Below, piece after piece: positions 13,401 to 28,680 of a stretch of 64,000 nucleotides of DNA (its first letter is position 1; every line of letters starts with the position of its first letter). The stretch covers positions 283,898,001-283,962,000 of the forward strand of contig OZ024741.1 of the NCBI GenBank assembly GCA_964016885.1. Direction: 5' to 3'. Below the pieces are notes generated by a model, which was not told the origin of the DNA, did no database searches, and was given only the letters and a program-made list of their open reading frames with translations. A program made the translations under genes and the position numbers. This DNA comes from Eledone cirrhosa (lineage: Eukaryota).

Positions 13401-15446
13401 ATGATTTTACAAGACAATAATATAACACCACTATTTAGCTCCAAACACTGGTTTAGATCTAAACATAGCTTAACTCAGAATATAACTTAGATCTGAGCAT
13501 AGCTCAGAACATAGCTTAGACCAGAACATAGCTTAGATCAGAACATAGCTCAGATCAGAACATAGCTCAGATCAGAACATAGCTCAGATCAGAACATAGC
13601 TCAGATCAGAACATAGCTCAGATCAGAACATAGCTCAGATCAGAACATAGCTTAGATCATAGCATAGCTTAGAACACATATACCATGTGATTCATTCACC
13701 ACATCCTCTATTGTAAAAAAACACCACTTTCAGATTCAAATATGGCAGCACAAGAATGACACAAGATATCATATTACTAATTAGTTTTTCTTTTGATGAA
13801 GGGAATTTATCCTGAAATATGAAGGAAGGACACTTAAACAACTCAAAGGTGACATTTCAACATTGTTCTAATCATTATTTTTAACATACTTTACTGTAGC
13901 CTTCTAATAAAATACATTCTTTTCTTCTTTTTTGTTTTAGTCAGTACATTAAAAACATTTAAAATAAGTCACATGTTCCATTCTAGTCAACACATGAGTA
14001 TAAACAATATAGCAAAATTTTACAAATACTAATCACAATCCCCTGCAATTAAACTAATGCAGCTACTAACAGAGAAAAGAAAACTACAGAAAATTACTCA
14101 CCTTGTTCATACGTTTCTGGCCTAGGTGTAACTGAGGATAACTTAACTGAAAAATATAATAATAATAATAAATAAGATGCACCAGTTGAAAGCAGATGTG
14201 GATCGCCTTTACCTTTCTAGAACTCAAAGAGGCCATGGTCTGATCCAATTTGAACTTACCTACATGACCACTATTGGACTGGCCAAATACCTTGAAACAA
14301 CTGGATGGTGAAAAACATGAGAGAATTAAGAAGCTTCATTCTATCTTGAAGGAGAGCAAAAAAATGCTACCAATCTCATGATTGATATTCAGGTTGGACA
14401 GTCTAAGGGAACTGTTGCAACAATACTGAAGGAACAAGAAAAACAAAGAAGAAGAAGAAGAAAAGTGACATGGAGTGAGACCCAGGAATACTTGGGATGA
14501 GGTGATTAAAGCTAACCTTGCTCAATTGCACCTCACAAAGATGATAACACAGGGCCAAGATCATCATCATTATCATCATCATTTTACGTCCGCTCTTCCC
14601 TGCTTGCAAGGGTGGGACGGGAACTGATTCTGGCTTGATTTCTACAGCTGGATGCCCTTCCTAACACCAACCTCATTTACAGTGAGTGCTGGGTGCTTTT
14701 TTGCCTTGGCACCTCCACGTCCACTTTGCAGTAGAATGATAGGGACCCTAGTCCCTATCATTTCATTTCTACAGCTGAGTAAACTGGAGCAATATGAAAT
14801 AAAGTGTCTTGTTCAAGGAAACAACACATCACCCGGTCTGAGAATTGAACTCACAACCTTTCGATTGCAAGGCCAATGCTCTAACCACTAAGCCATGTGC
14901 CTCTCTGGTGTTAAACAGTAATACAGAATATCTGACTTCCCAAGGACTGAAGCATACATATAATATGCACCAGCCTCACCTCAACCCCACCCACTCTTCC
15001 ATGCACCTCCCATGGGGACAGGCTGAAGCATACATCTAGTAAAGCCCCCAGCCCACACTATAAAGTGGTCATGATGGCAACACGAAAAAAAGCATCCAGC
15101 TCACACTGTAAAGTGGTCGTGATGGTGACATGACAAAAAGCCCACACTGTAAAAGGGTTATGTAGGTGTCACAACAAGCCAAAATCAGTTCAGTATGAGC
15201 AAGACAAGGTCATCTGATCTGGCATTTCTCACAACAGGACAACTCATCTATCCCATTCTAGCATGTAAAAATGGACATTAAATGGTGATGCTATATATAT
15301 ATATGTACGTCAATACTCATCTTTTTCCATTTATTTGAGGGTACTAAACCCCATTATCAGGCTAAAATTCCTTTAGTCAAAAATACGGTGAAAGCTATAT
15401 ATTTTCTAATTTCAAACCTGCTCACTGTTTCAAAACATACTTACTT

Positions 15447-15486
<40 letters not shown>

Positions 15487-15592
15487 AACTTTTACTAGTA
15501 ATAAATATTTGCTTTACGGGTTTATATATACTTATGTATATACAGCCCTTATTGAGTCCTCTTTGGATTTTGGTCTTTGTATTTATTAATAC

Positions 15593-15647
<55 letters not shown>

Positions 15648-18600
15648 TATTCATAATATATGTATGTGTGTGACTATGTCCATGTTTGTATATGTTTGTA
15701 TCCTGTAAGAAAACAGTTAATCAGATAGAAAAAGTTTTAAAAATTGAAAAAGTAAGTATTACAGTCAATATTATCTACTAAATCAAGATGGTACTTCAAA
15801 GGATCAAACACTAAATGGATGAAAGCAACAGATATCTACTTACACAGTGAAAGATTTTCTCCATGCAGACTTATTGTACATTGGTTGTCATTGCTTATCA
15901 TTTTTGCAAAGTTTCCCACAATTTGTGTATAACATTTGACATCTTTACCATTTGAGACAAACGAGGCACACTGCTCTAGTGATGTGTTAAATCCAATTTG
16001 AACATCTGTTGAAAAAAGTAATATCAAATGATGTTGATAAAAACAATGGGTGTTATTGTGAGGTAGTGGTAACAGAGAGAGAGAGGGGAGGTGCTATTGT
16101 GAGGTAGTGATAACAGAGAAAAGAAGAGAGATCCCTTAAAGCATCACTCCCAACACTTAATAATTCTGCCAATCTGTCATCTTGAACTGGTAATTTATTT
16201 TATCAGCCATGAAATCATGAAAGTCAAAGTTGACCTTGGAGGGATTTGAACTCAGAGCACAGAGAGCCAGAACAAATACCACAAGATCTTCTGTCTGATG
16301 TTATAATGACTCCACCAATTCATAGAATATTGTATATTTATCAAGAGACATGATTTCCTCCTCACACATACTTTTTACACTTTAACCATTTCATTACCAT
16401 ATTTCTTATGAAAGACATTGACTATGGTATTGAAATAATTTTGAAACTAATCAATTATTTGGATAGAATTGGTAATATAACTTTTTCATTATTAGCTGGT
16501 ATTTTGGAACATAACTTAGCAAAGGTGGAAGTGGAAGCTTTTAGATAAACACTTTAAAGTAAAGTTTTGTATCATAAGAACAGGGGGCAGTTTTAGAAAG
16601 TTTGGTTAAGAAAAAGTTAGTAAATATGCCAAAACAAACAGTTATTGATAAACTAAAGAAAAACGTACCAATGGTTTTCCCCAAACAATCAGCTGAAGGA
16701 CGAACAGAAATCACCCGAGTGACGTTATCAAGTTCATACACTGAAAGAAAGGAAGACAGGCCGGTGATTAGTTTTATGATAACATAATTAATGTAGTGAA
16801 TCAAGTTAATTAATTAATTTAAAATTAAATATCTCATAGATAAACAATAATAAATGTCTTAACAATAAACTCTGATCAAAACAGGCAAAGGAGACAACTC
16901 TGGCATTTCAATTAAAACTATAGAATAATAGAATACAGTACGGTGCGTAGCATTATCTAATCTTTGGTAGTGTAGAGACAATTCAGCAAGCATGACCTAA
17001 CAAGTTTTTAAGATGAAAGAAAGAAGCATATATATTCTTTTACTCTTTTACTTATCTCCATCAGTAGACTGGACTCATGCTACAGCACTGCCTTGATTTA
17101 GTCAATCATAGCAACCCAATACATATTTTTCAAGACTGATATTATTTATGTATCTCTCATTTGTCAACCCTGCTAAGTTACAAAGTAGTACACAGGCCAA
17201 CACAATGTAAACACACACACACACACATACACAAACACGTATGACAGGCTTCTATAGCTTTTGTCTACTAAATTCCACTTACAAGGCATCGTTCAACACA
17301 AGTCCATGCAGCAAGATTGAATCTAGAATCAACTGCTTGCAAAGCAAACTCTTTAACTACTGAACCATGTTTGCACCTATATACATATTTGGTATAATAT
17401 ATGTTAGTTAAACAACCAGTAATAGTGTATGTAGGACAGAGCATTTGACTATATATGCAAGTATGACTGTGTACTCCAGAGTATAAGTATAATAATTGTT
17501 TCTACTTTAGGCACAAGGCCAGCAATTATCCAGTGCATTACTGGTACTTTATTTTATCGACCCCGTAAGGATGAAAGGCAAAGTCAACCTCGGCGGGATT
17601 TGAACTCAGACCGTAAAGGGACGTAACTATGCTGGAAAGCATGGCGTCTGACTCTCTACCGATACTGCCAATCCAAAGTGTAAGTCAACAGGTTAGAATT
17701 TACTTCATCTATTCGTTATACAATCACTGTTATACATATTTTAATGATAACTGTTATGCAACAGCCATGATCTCAGACAGCTAAGTGAACAGTTACATGA
17801 ATATGATGACATGAATAAAAATAAAAATTACTCATGCTGAGTACTTCGAGCTGTAGCAGGTTCAAGTCATGATGGAAAAATTTTATATCCTTACATCACT
17901 AAAAGATATTCCACTACATGGAAAATTAGAGTACACCAAACTTCTCATTACAAAAAACAGACCTGCTCATCCAAAATATACAGTAGAAGGCGTTCCATTT
18001 CGATAGAAGAACATCTGATGTTAAGTACAATACAAACTCACACAATTTGGAGAACTTGTTCAAATCAAGAATGAAGAGGAAGATTAGATACAAGTTCTTG
18101 TACTCCACTATGCACAACTTAACCTTGCACATAGCTAGCATCAACAATAATAGGCTAAGGACCTTTAGACACATGCCAACTAGCTCTAGGGTGAACCAAT
18201 TTATTCCAGGTGGGGTTGCTAAGCCAGCAAACTCTGACAACCTTGGGGACTCTCTGAAAATTCCTTAGACATCCCACAGGTGATACACTGGTGTTGACCA
18301 GATTATGCAACTGCAGAAAACTTGACTCATGTTTGCTTGGGAATAAATGCCTGGTGAAAAATCTAGTTTACCAGTGCGAGTTCACTGCCTCCAACACGGC
18401 ATCTAAATACATAGAAGCTACATCAACTAGCATCAAAGACAGGTGGTACAATCACCATCACTCTTTTAATAGGATCAATAAATGAAAAAGCCCAACCCTT
18501 CAGAACTGATCTGGAAGCTTAAGTCAAATAAAACCCCATCCTCTTTAGTTTGGTCCAAGGTGATGAAGGTACCCCCAGACAGGAGTGGCTCAGATATTTG

Positions 18601-21600
18601 CAGCCTCTGTCTAAGTGGAACCCTTGAGATACTCAGAGGGGGACCACAAATATTTAACAGAAGAGCTGACTCCTTTGGTGTTTGTCTACATCTGTGGGCG
18701 AGAACTTTGCTCAAGCTATATAGTTAGTAACCCTACCTCAATGGGTTCTAGTTGGACCCCCACCTCCTGTTTCTATCTCTATTTATCTCTAATTACTTTC
18801 TGGGACCACCCTAGGCTCTTAGTAAGACTCACACCTTGTCTCCCTACATTAGTTATTAACATTTACTTGTAGATGCTGATTTATGATTAATTAGCCACTC
18901 AAGCACCACTTGAGACTTCCCCCTCATGCAATCCAACACCTATTCTGCATATGCTATGTGAGTTTCCACAATAAGGTACTGTTTGACCTACTATGAGGAC
19001 TAGTTAGCTATAAATTCCCCACTTCCCCTTAGGAAACAATCCCATACTTCATGATTGCAGCAGAATCTTTGGCTGACAAATATCTCTGCGCATATTTGAT
19101 CACTAAATTTTCCTTCTTACTACCTACATTTTATTTTCATTAGCTAATAATACTAAGAACACCCTTCTTCTCCCAGCCTGTACAAATTTTATATGGTGTT
19201 ATATATTAGCATATTTTATATCTCTGTATGACTATCAATTTTGTGATATACATTAGGCATTAGCATAGTCTGATCTTGGTACTTTTAGCATATCTTACCT
19301 TTTTGTTTTTTGTTTCTGTTCCTGTACTTTTACTTTTCCCCTTGTGGTCTATTCCTTATTTATTTAATGGTAATCAATCTATCTTCAACCTTAATTTTAT
19401 TTTATCTTATTTTATTTCTATATGTCAACCTTGATTCTCACTTATGCCTGCTCCCTATATGTATATTATACTATATACTGGCTAGTATGGTTATATTATC
19501 ATTACTGCCACCATTTCTATAGTCATTGATACTGAGCACCACTATCTCCTATTTAACTGAGGTGTCAGAGATACAACCTTGACTGTCATTATTGTTGCTG
19601 TAGACAACTCTATCACCCCCACCACAGCATTCTAAGGTTGACCATCATGTTACCCACTACAGCTAAAGCATCTGAAAATGACTTGATTCCTTTACAAGTA
19701 GACTGCCATCTAGGACCATGGCACCACTAGGGAACTCAGAATCGCTGGGAGGATAGTTAGGAGTCTTGTGTTGATATTCTAAGGTTGTATTCTAAATCAT
19801 GTGTCATCTGTGTTTTGAATGAGCAACATCAGTAATTAACCCATGACATATCAATGAATTGAAACAGAATGAGTAATTTATATTTTTTCTTCATGTCATC
19901 ATATTTTTATACATGTAACTTTCTGTTTAACTAATAGCTATCTGATGAGGTTGTAACTGCTGCATAACAGTTATCATTGAAATACAGTGATTGTGTAATG
20001 AATAAATGAGGTAAATTCTAACCTGTTGACTTCTAATTATACAAAATACTACACACAATGCCCTGCTAATACAAATACCAACAGAGAAAAGTAAACTACA
20101 AAGCATTACTCACCTCGTACATGTATTACTTTCAATGGTCTAATTCTGGATAATTTATCTGAAAATTACAATAATAATAATAATAATAATAACAACAACA
20201 ACACCCTCATTTTCTACAGTCTCATTTGCCTGATCTATTCCGCTTTTCCTTTCCAGCTCAATTTCTCTACTCAGTTCCTCCAATTCCAATTCATTTATCC
20301 ATCCATTAGTTCTTATTACACAAGCCTGACCCATTAGGTTTTTTTCACCTAATTTAAATAGCCCAATATCGTCCCAGATTTTATGCATTCGTTTCCTATA
20401 GCCTTTCTTAGTGGGATCACTTTTCAGATAACATTTCATTAGTTTTATTCAATTCCATCATCCAGTTGGTTCTTGCCTCATTCCTTCTTCTTCCTCCAAC
20501 ACCAGCAGTATTTAGATGACAGCCAATCCCTATTGCTGGGCCATGGAGCACTTGCAGGGTGGGACTTCTTCACATGAAGTTCTAGCCTCCTTTACACCAT
20601 TATTTGAACTATTTAGGTTCAACATTTAATATCTAAGGAGTGACACCATTCCATATCTAAGGAGTGACACCACCCATGTATTGATAACTTTCATCTTATT
20701 CTGTCTATTCAGATTCGATGTATTCAGTCTGTACATGTATTCCACCTTAAATTTTTCTTTCATTTCCTCCTGCATTATCTTAACTTCCAATATCCCTAAG
20801 TACTTATAACCTTCCCTGATGGCAACATCAACCCCTCAATGCTTTTCATTTTGCCTCTGTTCAAGATTAACACACCACACTTTTTTAATCTGAATCCCAT
20901 TCTGATGTCAGCACTAAATGTATACACCATATCAACGAGGGAACCAAGCTGGGATTCATTCTTACCATAAAGCTTGAGGTCGTCCGTGAATAATAAGTGG
21001 TTGATTTTTTGCTGGCGACCTTTGTATTCACACTCAGCTTTAGCTTTTCTCAAAATCATCGTCAGTGGTATTATGCACAGTACAAACATCAGTGGTGACA
21101 GGCTGTCCCCTTGGAATATACCTCTCTTGATTTCAATTGTTCCTAGATTTCTTCCATATGTTGTCAGTTCAGTCTTCCACTCTTTCATACTTTTCATTAA
21201 GAATCCCTCAACATTTGATGCAATACCAAATGAATTAATGCATTCCATAATCCAAGAGTGTGGAATCATACCATAGGCTTTGCAGTAATCAATCCCCGCC
21301 ATGGTCGAGTTGGTTTTCTTCCTTTTGCTATCTTTAAGTATTGTTTTATCTATCAAAAACTGGTCCTTGGTACCTCTGCACTTATGCTTGCACTCTTTCT
21401 GCTCATCTGGTAGAACTCCATTTTCTTTAAGATGCCCATACATTGATTCTGCAATTATTCCACTCAATAAATTCCATGTAAGTGGTAGGAATGTTATTGA
21501 TCTGTAGTTGTCTACGACATTCCCTTTAGTGATATCTTTTAAGCACAAAATTGTCCTGCCTTTTGTCAGTCACTTCTGTATCATTTGATCAGCATTTAGC

Positions 21601-24600
21601 AATGTGTTGAGTGATGTCGTCCGCATATGCCGACACATCCTTGTTTGAGCGGGATGCCCTGCAACAGTTTCAGCTTTCGCAGTAAAGGCTCAAGAGTCAA
21701 TACATATAGGAGGGAGGAGAGAGGGCACACTTGAAAGACCAATTGCACAATCTGAAATGGTTCCAAAAGGTGGCCATTTACTTTGACCACAGAGCAGTTG
21801 CCACTCTGCATTGCAGCAATCCAGCCTCTGAAGACTGGACAGAAGCCAGCTGTCTTGAGAACAGCCTCCATATATCAATGGTCAACCCCATTGAAAGTTT
21901 TTGATTGATTTAAATTGATCAGAGCCCACCAAAACCAGTTTTAAACCCTACTCTCTATGATGTATCCCATGTTGCTGTGTATGGACCTGGTTGGGATTGT
22001 GCAAGTTTGTGCCTCCCCTACCAGACCCTCAACGACAAGTACCAACCTCTTGCCAGCCCCAACATTCAAACATCCTACTCATAAGATGTCCATGTTGGCT
22101 AATTGACTGAGTTCAGCCTCCATTTCTGATTGGTGAGGTTCCCATGGGAACCCTTTTAAAAACCTACTCTTGGCATTTACACTAGGGGTCCTCACATCGT
22201 AGGGGGAGCTCTCCCTAATGTTCTTGCATGTTTCTAGTGGCATCTGTACTGTACAATCAAAAGTGTTTGGGGCACTTTGAAGGTGCAGCTGCTGCAAACC
22301 TACCCCTGCTCCTCAATATCTTGGCTTCTCTCTTGCTGTGAGAACCATTAGTTCTTTGTTGCTCTTTCTCAGCAACACAAAGTTGTATGTTTCTGTTTTT
22401 GTCTGTGGTTGTGTATGTTATATTTTTGCAGTTGTATTGGTGGTTGTATTGCGTGTCTGTCTTTGCTGTGGGTATCTTTTGTGTACTTGTTGGTGAGAGT
22501 GAAGATGTTTTTTTTTCTTTTGTGTGTGATTTCGTTTTTGTTTTTTGGGGTTTGTGAGGTTCCCCCTCATCTTCACTTGGGGATGAGGAGGAACTAGTGT
22601 CTGGGGACTCTGAGTCAGAGGGGAGTGAATGTATTTATGGGTGTGTGAATGTTGGTCTATGTGTGTGTTTGAAAGAGGAGAGGGACAGCTTGTTTGGGCG
22701 ACTTCCTGGGTGGTTTTAGTGTTCTTTTTGGTGTTGTTACTGCTGCTGCCATTGCTGGTGGTGTTATCTCTTCTACTGTTGCTGCTGCCGGTGTTGGTGT
22801 TATTGTTTGTCTCTGCACCGGAGTTGACAATAACAGAGGTTTGTGGCCCCCTGCAGTTTTCAGATGGAAGCAAAAGGTTCACAGGTGAATGACTTCACCA
22901 CAAATGAAACAGTGCAACCATTTGCCCTCCGTGATCACTTGTATTTCCTACCTATTTGGTAGTTTGATGTTATACAGGATATTTTTAATGAATTTTGGGT
23001 CTGATTTGGCCCATCTTGCAGGGGACCACTGAATGCTTGATAGCAAGAGCCTCAGTTTTGAGGAGCACCAAGATGCTCCCAAATTGTTTGGTTCTCGATA
23101 TATAGACTATGTGTCGTTAATTATGCACTTCAGTGCAGCCTCTACTTGTCATTGGGAGGCTATCACAGCTTTGCGCAATTGCACCGAAATGCATCTATAT
23201 TTTAAATTTCTCCTCTCCATTGCTGCCATCACTTCTTCAGGAACATTTAAGTTGGCCCTGATTTTTTCTGTGATGATGATTTTTCTGTCTGGGTCAAAAC
23301 ATTCTTTCTTTTAAGTCATGTCAAAGCTGTATAAAGTTTGAGCTTTTACAGCTGTGGCTGCAAAAGTAATCTTGTTCACGTTGTTGTTGCTGCTGTTAGA
23401 GTTGATGTTGTTGTTGTTGTTGTTCGTGGTGTTGTCATTGTTGGAGTTATTGCTGCTGTTGTAGCTGTCATTGCTTCTATCACTCTTGTCATTGCTGCTG
23501 CTGTTTCTGATGCCATCATTGCCACTTCTGCTCCTTTTGCTGGCGATGGTGGCATTGTTGGTGTGTCTCTTCAGAGCGACGTCTGAATCACGTTCGTGAT
23601 GCATGCTTTTTTCGAGAATTTTCCCATTGGCCGGATTTGGAAGGGGTGTAACCTACATTTTTTTTTACAAAAAGTTTTATAGCAGAATTTCAAATATTAT
23701 GGGGAATCCCTTCTTCAGGGCAAAGACTGAAGACTTATGCTCCTTTTGTAACAAACTTTATAAGCAAAAAAAAACAATATAAATAGAAGTACACAAACAA
23801 AACGTATGGAGTGTAAACAGCTGTGGCATATCATTCAGTGACAAACAATAATAATGGTAATAATTGTTTCTGATTTAGGCACAAGGCCAATAATTTTTTT
23901 TGGGGGGGGGTTGTTGTTGATTAAATCAACCCCAGTGCATTACTTGTGCTTTATTTATTGACTCCGTAAGGATGAAAGGCAAAGCTAACCCCAGCAGGAT
24001 TTGAACTCAGAAAGTAAAGGGCCAGAATACATACAGCTATACAGTTTAACAACTCTGTCAATCCACTTCTGAGAGTCACTGAAGAGGAAGCCCATAAAAA
24101 ATCCACAGTCACCCTGACCACGAGGGAAAATGCCCTCTTCCAGCTGTCCTCTTCCTATCTACATATGTATACTCAGATACTAAATGACTCCAATTCTATT
24201 GTAATTGAACTCTTCCATGATTAAACCTCATTTGCTGTTGATGTCAAATTAGTTTTACACACTATTTTCTATTTAGTAAGTACATAAAACAGTTAAAATA
24301 AATCACGTTTCATTCTGGTCAACACATGAGTTTAAGCAATACAGCAAAATTATACAAAATACTACCCATACTGGCCCGTATACTAACACAGCTAACAACA
24401 GGTAAAGATAAATGATATGACAATACTCACCTCTTTCATATGTTTCATTTGGAGATATACCTGAGGATAAATTAACTGAAAATATATAATAATAATAATG
24501 ATTATAATAGTAATAATAATTGTTTCTATTTTAGGCACAAGGCCAGCAATTTGAAAGGGGGGGGGGGGGTTGATTAAATCGACCCCAGTATTTACTGGTG

Positions 24601-27600
24601 GTTCATTTTATTGACCCCGTAAGGATGAAAGGCAAAGCTAACCTCAGTCGGATTTGAAATCAGAATTCTATGCCACAAAGCATATTGTCCAATGCTTTGC
24701 TGATACTACCAAAACAGCACACTACTACTACTAATAATAATAATGGTTTCTTTATTAGCCACAAAGGGCTGACATGAAGAAAACATTAGCGACAGCACAG
24801 GATGATGCAGTGGTTTTTTTTTTTAGTGTAAAGAAGATAATAGAAGCAATAAACAATTCCAGCAATAGAAAATCCTCCAATGAGGAGGAGACGTCCAAGG
24901 AAGCCACTATACTCGGAGAAAGTAAGTGCCCTCTGATTTATATGCATACTCCTTTGATGAAAGGAGTTTAGCCTGAAACATTAAGGACTATTAAGAAAGT
25001 AACATTCCAACATATTTCTAATCATTATTTTTAGGTGGATTGGCAGTATCGGTAGAGGGTCGGACGCCATGCTTTCCAGCATAGTTACGTCCCTTTACGA
25101 TCTGAGTTCAAATCCCGCCGAGGTTGACTTTGCCTTTCATCTTTACGGGGTCGATAAAATAAAGTACCAGTAATGCACTGGGTAATTGCTGGCCTTGTGC
25201 CTAAAGTAGAAACAATTATTTTTAACATTTACTTTCCCACTTTTATTGCCATAACTTTCTAATAATACACACTATTTTCGTTTTAAGTACATAACATGCA
25301 GTTAAAATATGTTATGTTCTTCATTCTCGTCTACACATGACTAAGTAATGCAACAAAATTATACGAAATACTACCCACAATGCCCTGCATTTATGCTAAC
25401 ACAGCAACCAACAGAAAAAGGAAAACTACATGGCAACACTCACCTTGTTCTTTCACTTCATTTTTAGCTGTAATTGAGGCTAAATGAACTGAAAAATATT
25501 GTGATAAGAATAATATTATTATTATTTCTTTATTATTGGTCACAAGGGCCAAACATAGAGGACAATACAAAGTCATGGGTTTACATGCAATTGAGTAAAA
25601 AAATTAACAAAACAATTTACAAAAGATATCAACAATAGAATTCCCCAATAGGGAGGGAGGATACCACCCAGGGTTGACATTAGGAAACCCACAAATGCCA
25701 ACCCACCCTCATCTCCAAGAGCACCCTAGGAGTGCGCTCCTCTCTCCCTCCATCTTTCCAGCCTACAGGCGCAGTCTCAGAGTGGGCCCATTCACACGGG
25801 CCATTCTCACAACAATCACCCACCTTTTAAAAAATGTTCTGGGGCAACATTTCTCTCTCCACTCTCATCTTCCTTTCCAAGTGGAACTGGAAAAAGTTGA
25901 TGAGGGCTTGGCCAAAGAGGAAAGTGTCACATCCACCACACAACCTCTTTCCCTACAGCTATCAGAGAGAGGAAAACTGCCTGCTCTTCCCAGTCAAAAG
26001 AAAGGGGCAAGGCGATCTTCACAATGGACTCAGTCAATAGCCAGATCTGTCCCACATACAATAACAGTTGTTCAACATAACTCCATATGTCAGCAGTACA
26101 CAGTTTCATTGCTCTGCTCGCATGTCGGACAGCTTCCTCTTGGCCCATTTCTGGGTGAGAGTGACTAAATAAAGAAAGGAGACCTTAAGAAAGCTACAGA
26201 GGGAATGCTACTGGCTGCACAGGAGCAAACCATAAGAACAAAGTAGATGAAACTTCATATTTACAAGGAGGTAGTTAGCCCTACCTGTAGAATCTATGGA
26301 AAGAGTGTGGAAATTGTGGCTCACATCGTATCCAAGTGTAAATACCTAGCCAAGATGTATTATAAAAGATGGCAACATAATACATAAGAAAAAAGTGATC
26401 TACTGGCATTTATGCTAACTGAATAATTTACCCTACTCTGAGAAATGGTATGAGCATATGCCAGAGTTGGTGATAGAAAACGATCAGTTGAAGGTGCTGT
26501 CAGATTTCAGAATACAAACAGATAAAGAACCTGGTGGTTGATGACAAGGAAAAAAGATCTTGCTTTATTATAAATGTAGCTTGCCCCTTTAACACAAGAG
26601 TGCAAGAAAAGGAAAGGGAGAAAATTAACTGGTACTAGGATCGAAAGTGGGAACTGAAAAGGATTTGTGACTGTCATGAGATGAATGTCATCCCCATTGT
26701 CATAGTAACACTAGATACTGTCTCAAAGAGTTTCCAAGATTGGCTAAAGAACATTAGCTCAGCCCCTTTTTATGGAATACTTCAAGTGGCATGCCTACTG
26801 GGAACAGCAAGGATCTTCTGATACATCCTGAATATCTGAGGCTGCAGATAATGGCTTGATGTTCATTTGGACAACTTTTCTGGTTAAATAACATCAATGA
26901 CTGAGATATCAAACTCAAAATAATAATAAAAATGATAATAATTTCTTTATTGTCCACAAGGGCTGACTTATAGGGAACAATCGAAACCAGGGATAGTGGG
27001 GGCTTTCAAAAAAAAAAAATCAAGTAAAAAAGTATAACAATAAATTACCATTGACTGACCAATACACAAATATGACCCCCCCACCCAGTATAACAATATT
27101 TGTTTCGACACGATTTCATATCAATAAACAGAAAAAATGAATGGAATAACAACAACACCCAAACAAACAACACTGACCAAAGAGAAGTATAAATAAATAA
27201 ATAAATACATACACAAGCACAATAACAACAAACAAATATAAACACACACTAGTAAACTAAGATAGAATACAATAACCAATACACAGTCACCCAAATACGA
27301 ACACACATCAAACAAAACACTATACACACATGCAAACGCATACGAAGAGAAGACAAACAAATAAATAAATAAATAAATAAATAAATAAAGAGACTAAATA
27401 AAGATGGCGTAGGCATACAATACAACGGGAGGAAACATAATAGTACCACTGACGATGTTGCAGATGTGCAACGAAAGAACTTTGTTAGACTATATATATG
27501 TGTTTGTGTCTATATTGTATCTGTATTTTTTACCGTTGGTCAGTCAATGGTAACATTGAGGACCGAATAAATTAAATTAACCGATATAAAAGACACAGAA

Positions 27601-27683
27601 GCGAAAACCAACCAAACAGTGAGTGTGTTCTGTTATTAATTCTGGCAATATTATTATACAAATATGACCCTCCCTAAGTATAA

Positions 27684-27739
<56 letters not shown>

Positions 27740-28606
27740 CACACACACACACACACAAAAAGTTATGAAACGAAAGGAGCTGTGTGGTTACTAAAAACAA
27801 GGTTTAGGGTGGTAGTTAGGACGGAACAGGAGGAGAAAGGAAGAAAGGAGTTTCCATCGTCAGCTGTAAATGTATCCCGAACCGATGTTTCGGCACTGAA
27901 TTACAGGACTTCGGTGTAGTTCGGGTGTGCCCGAGGCCTTTTATTAATCAAAAGGCCAGGTGGAAAAGGGGAGAGAAAGAGAGAAAAAAAAGGAAAAAGA
28001 GGGAAGGAGGAAGAACATGGGGGGGGGGGGAGGAAGAAGGGAAAAAAATAGGAAAGGAATAGGAGAAAAAAGTGTACAGGTCCCATCGTGGGAAGACACA
28101 GGTGACAGAAACATGCAAAAAAGTAACCGTGGAAAAATAGGGAAAGTAAGTTGTGGCCAACCTGGGAGACTTTAGCCTGGTGGTCAGCTACGACTCAGAG
28201 CTGGTATAATCGTGCTGCCTCTCACATAGACAGGAGAAAGTGAGAGAGAGACATGGGCAACCAAAAGTGAGGAGGAGAAGGGAAAGGGAGATAATCCAGA
28301 AGGGTATTTTTACGACGGTGGTAAAAATGTGTCGCAAAAATTGCGGACAGAGAGGCCACCACGGCACGTGTAAACATGTCAACAATCAAAACCGAACGGT
28401 TGGATAAAGAGAGAGAGGAAGAGAGAAAAAAACGAGAGTGAGGAGGAGAAGGGAAGAGAGAACGGATGGTCAATGCGAAAGTGTGGAGGGTACACAGATC
28501 GACCAAAGCAGGTAGGGTCACAACAGTAAATATAAAAAGTTATGAAACAAAAGGAGCTGAGTGGTTACTAAAAACAAGGTTAGGACGGAACAGGAGGAGA
28601 AAGGAA

Positions 28607-28680
<74 letters not shown>

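Noticed and set aside
13450-13675. Regular short repeats that might be taken for a CRISPR array
   Set aside because: No spacers, eukaryotic context; simple 17-bp minisatellite.
22418-23604. Asn/Thr/Ser-rich ORFs
   Set aside because: Low-complexity stretches within a decayed LINE ORF1 region; no splice support.
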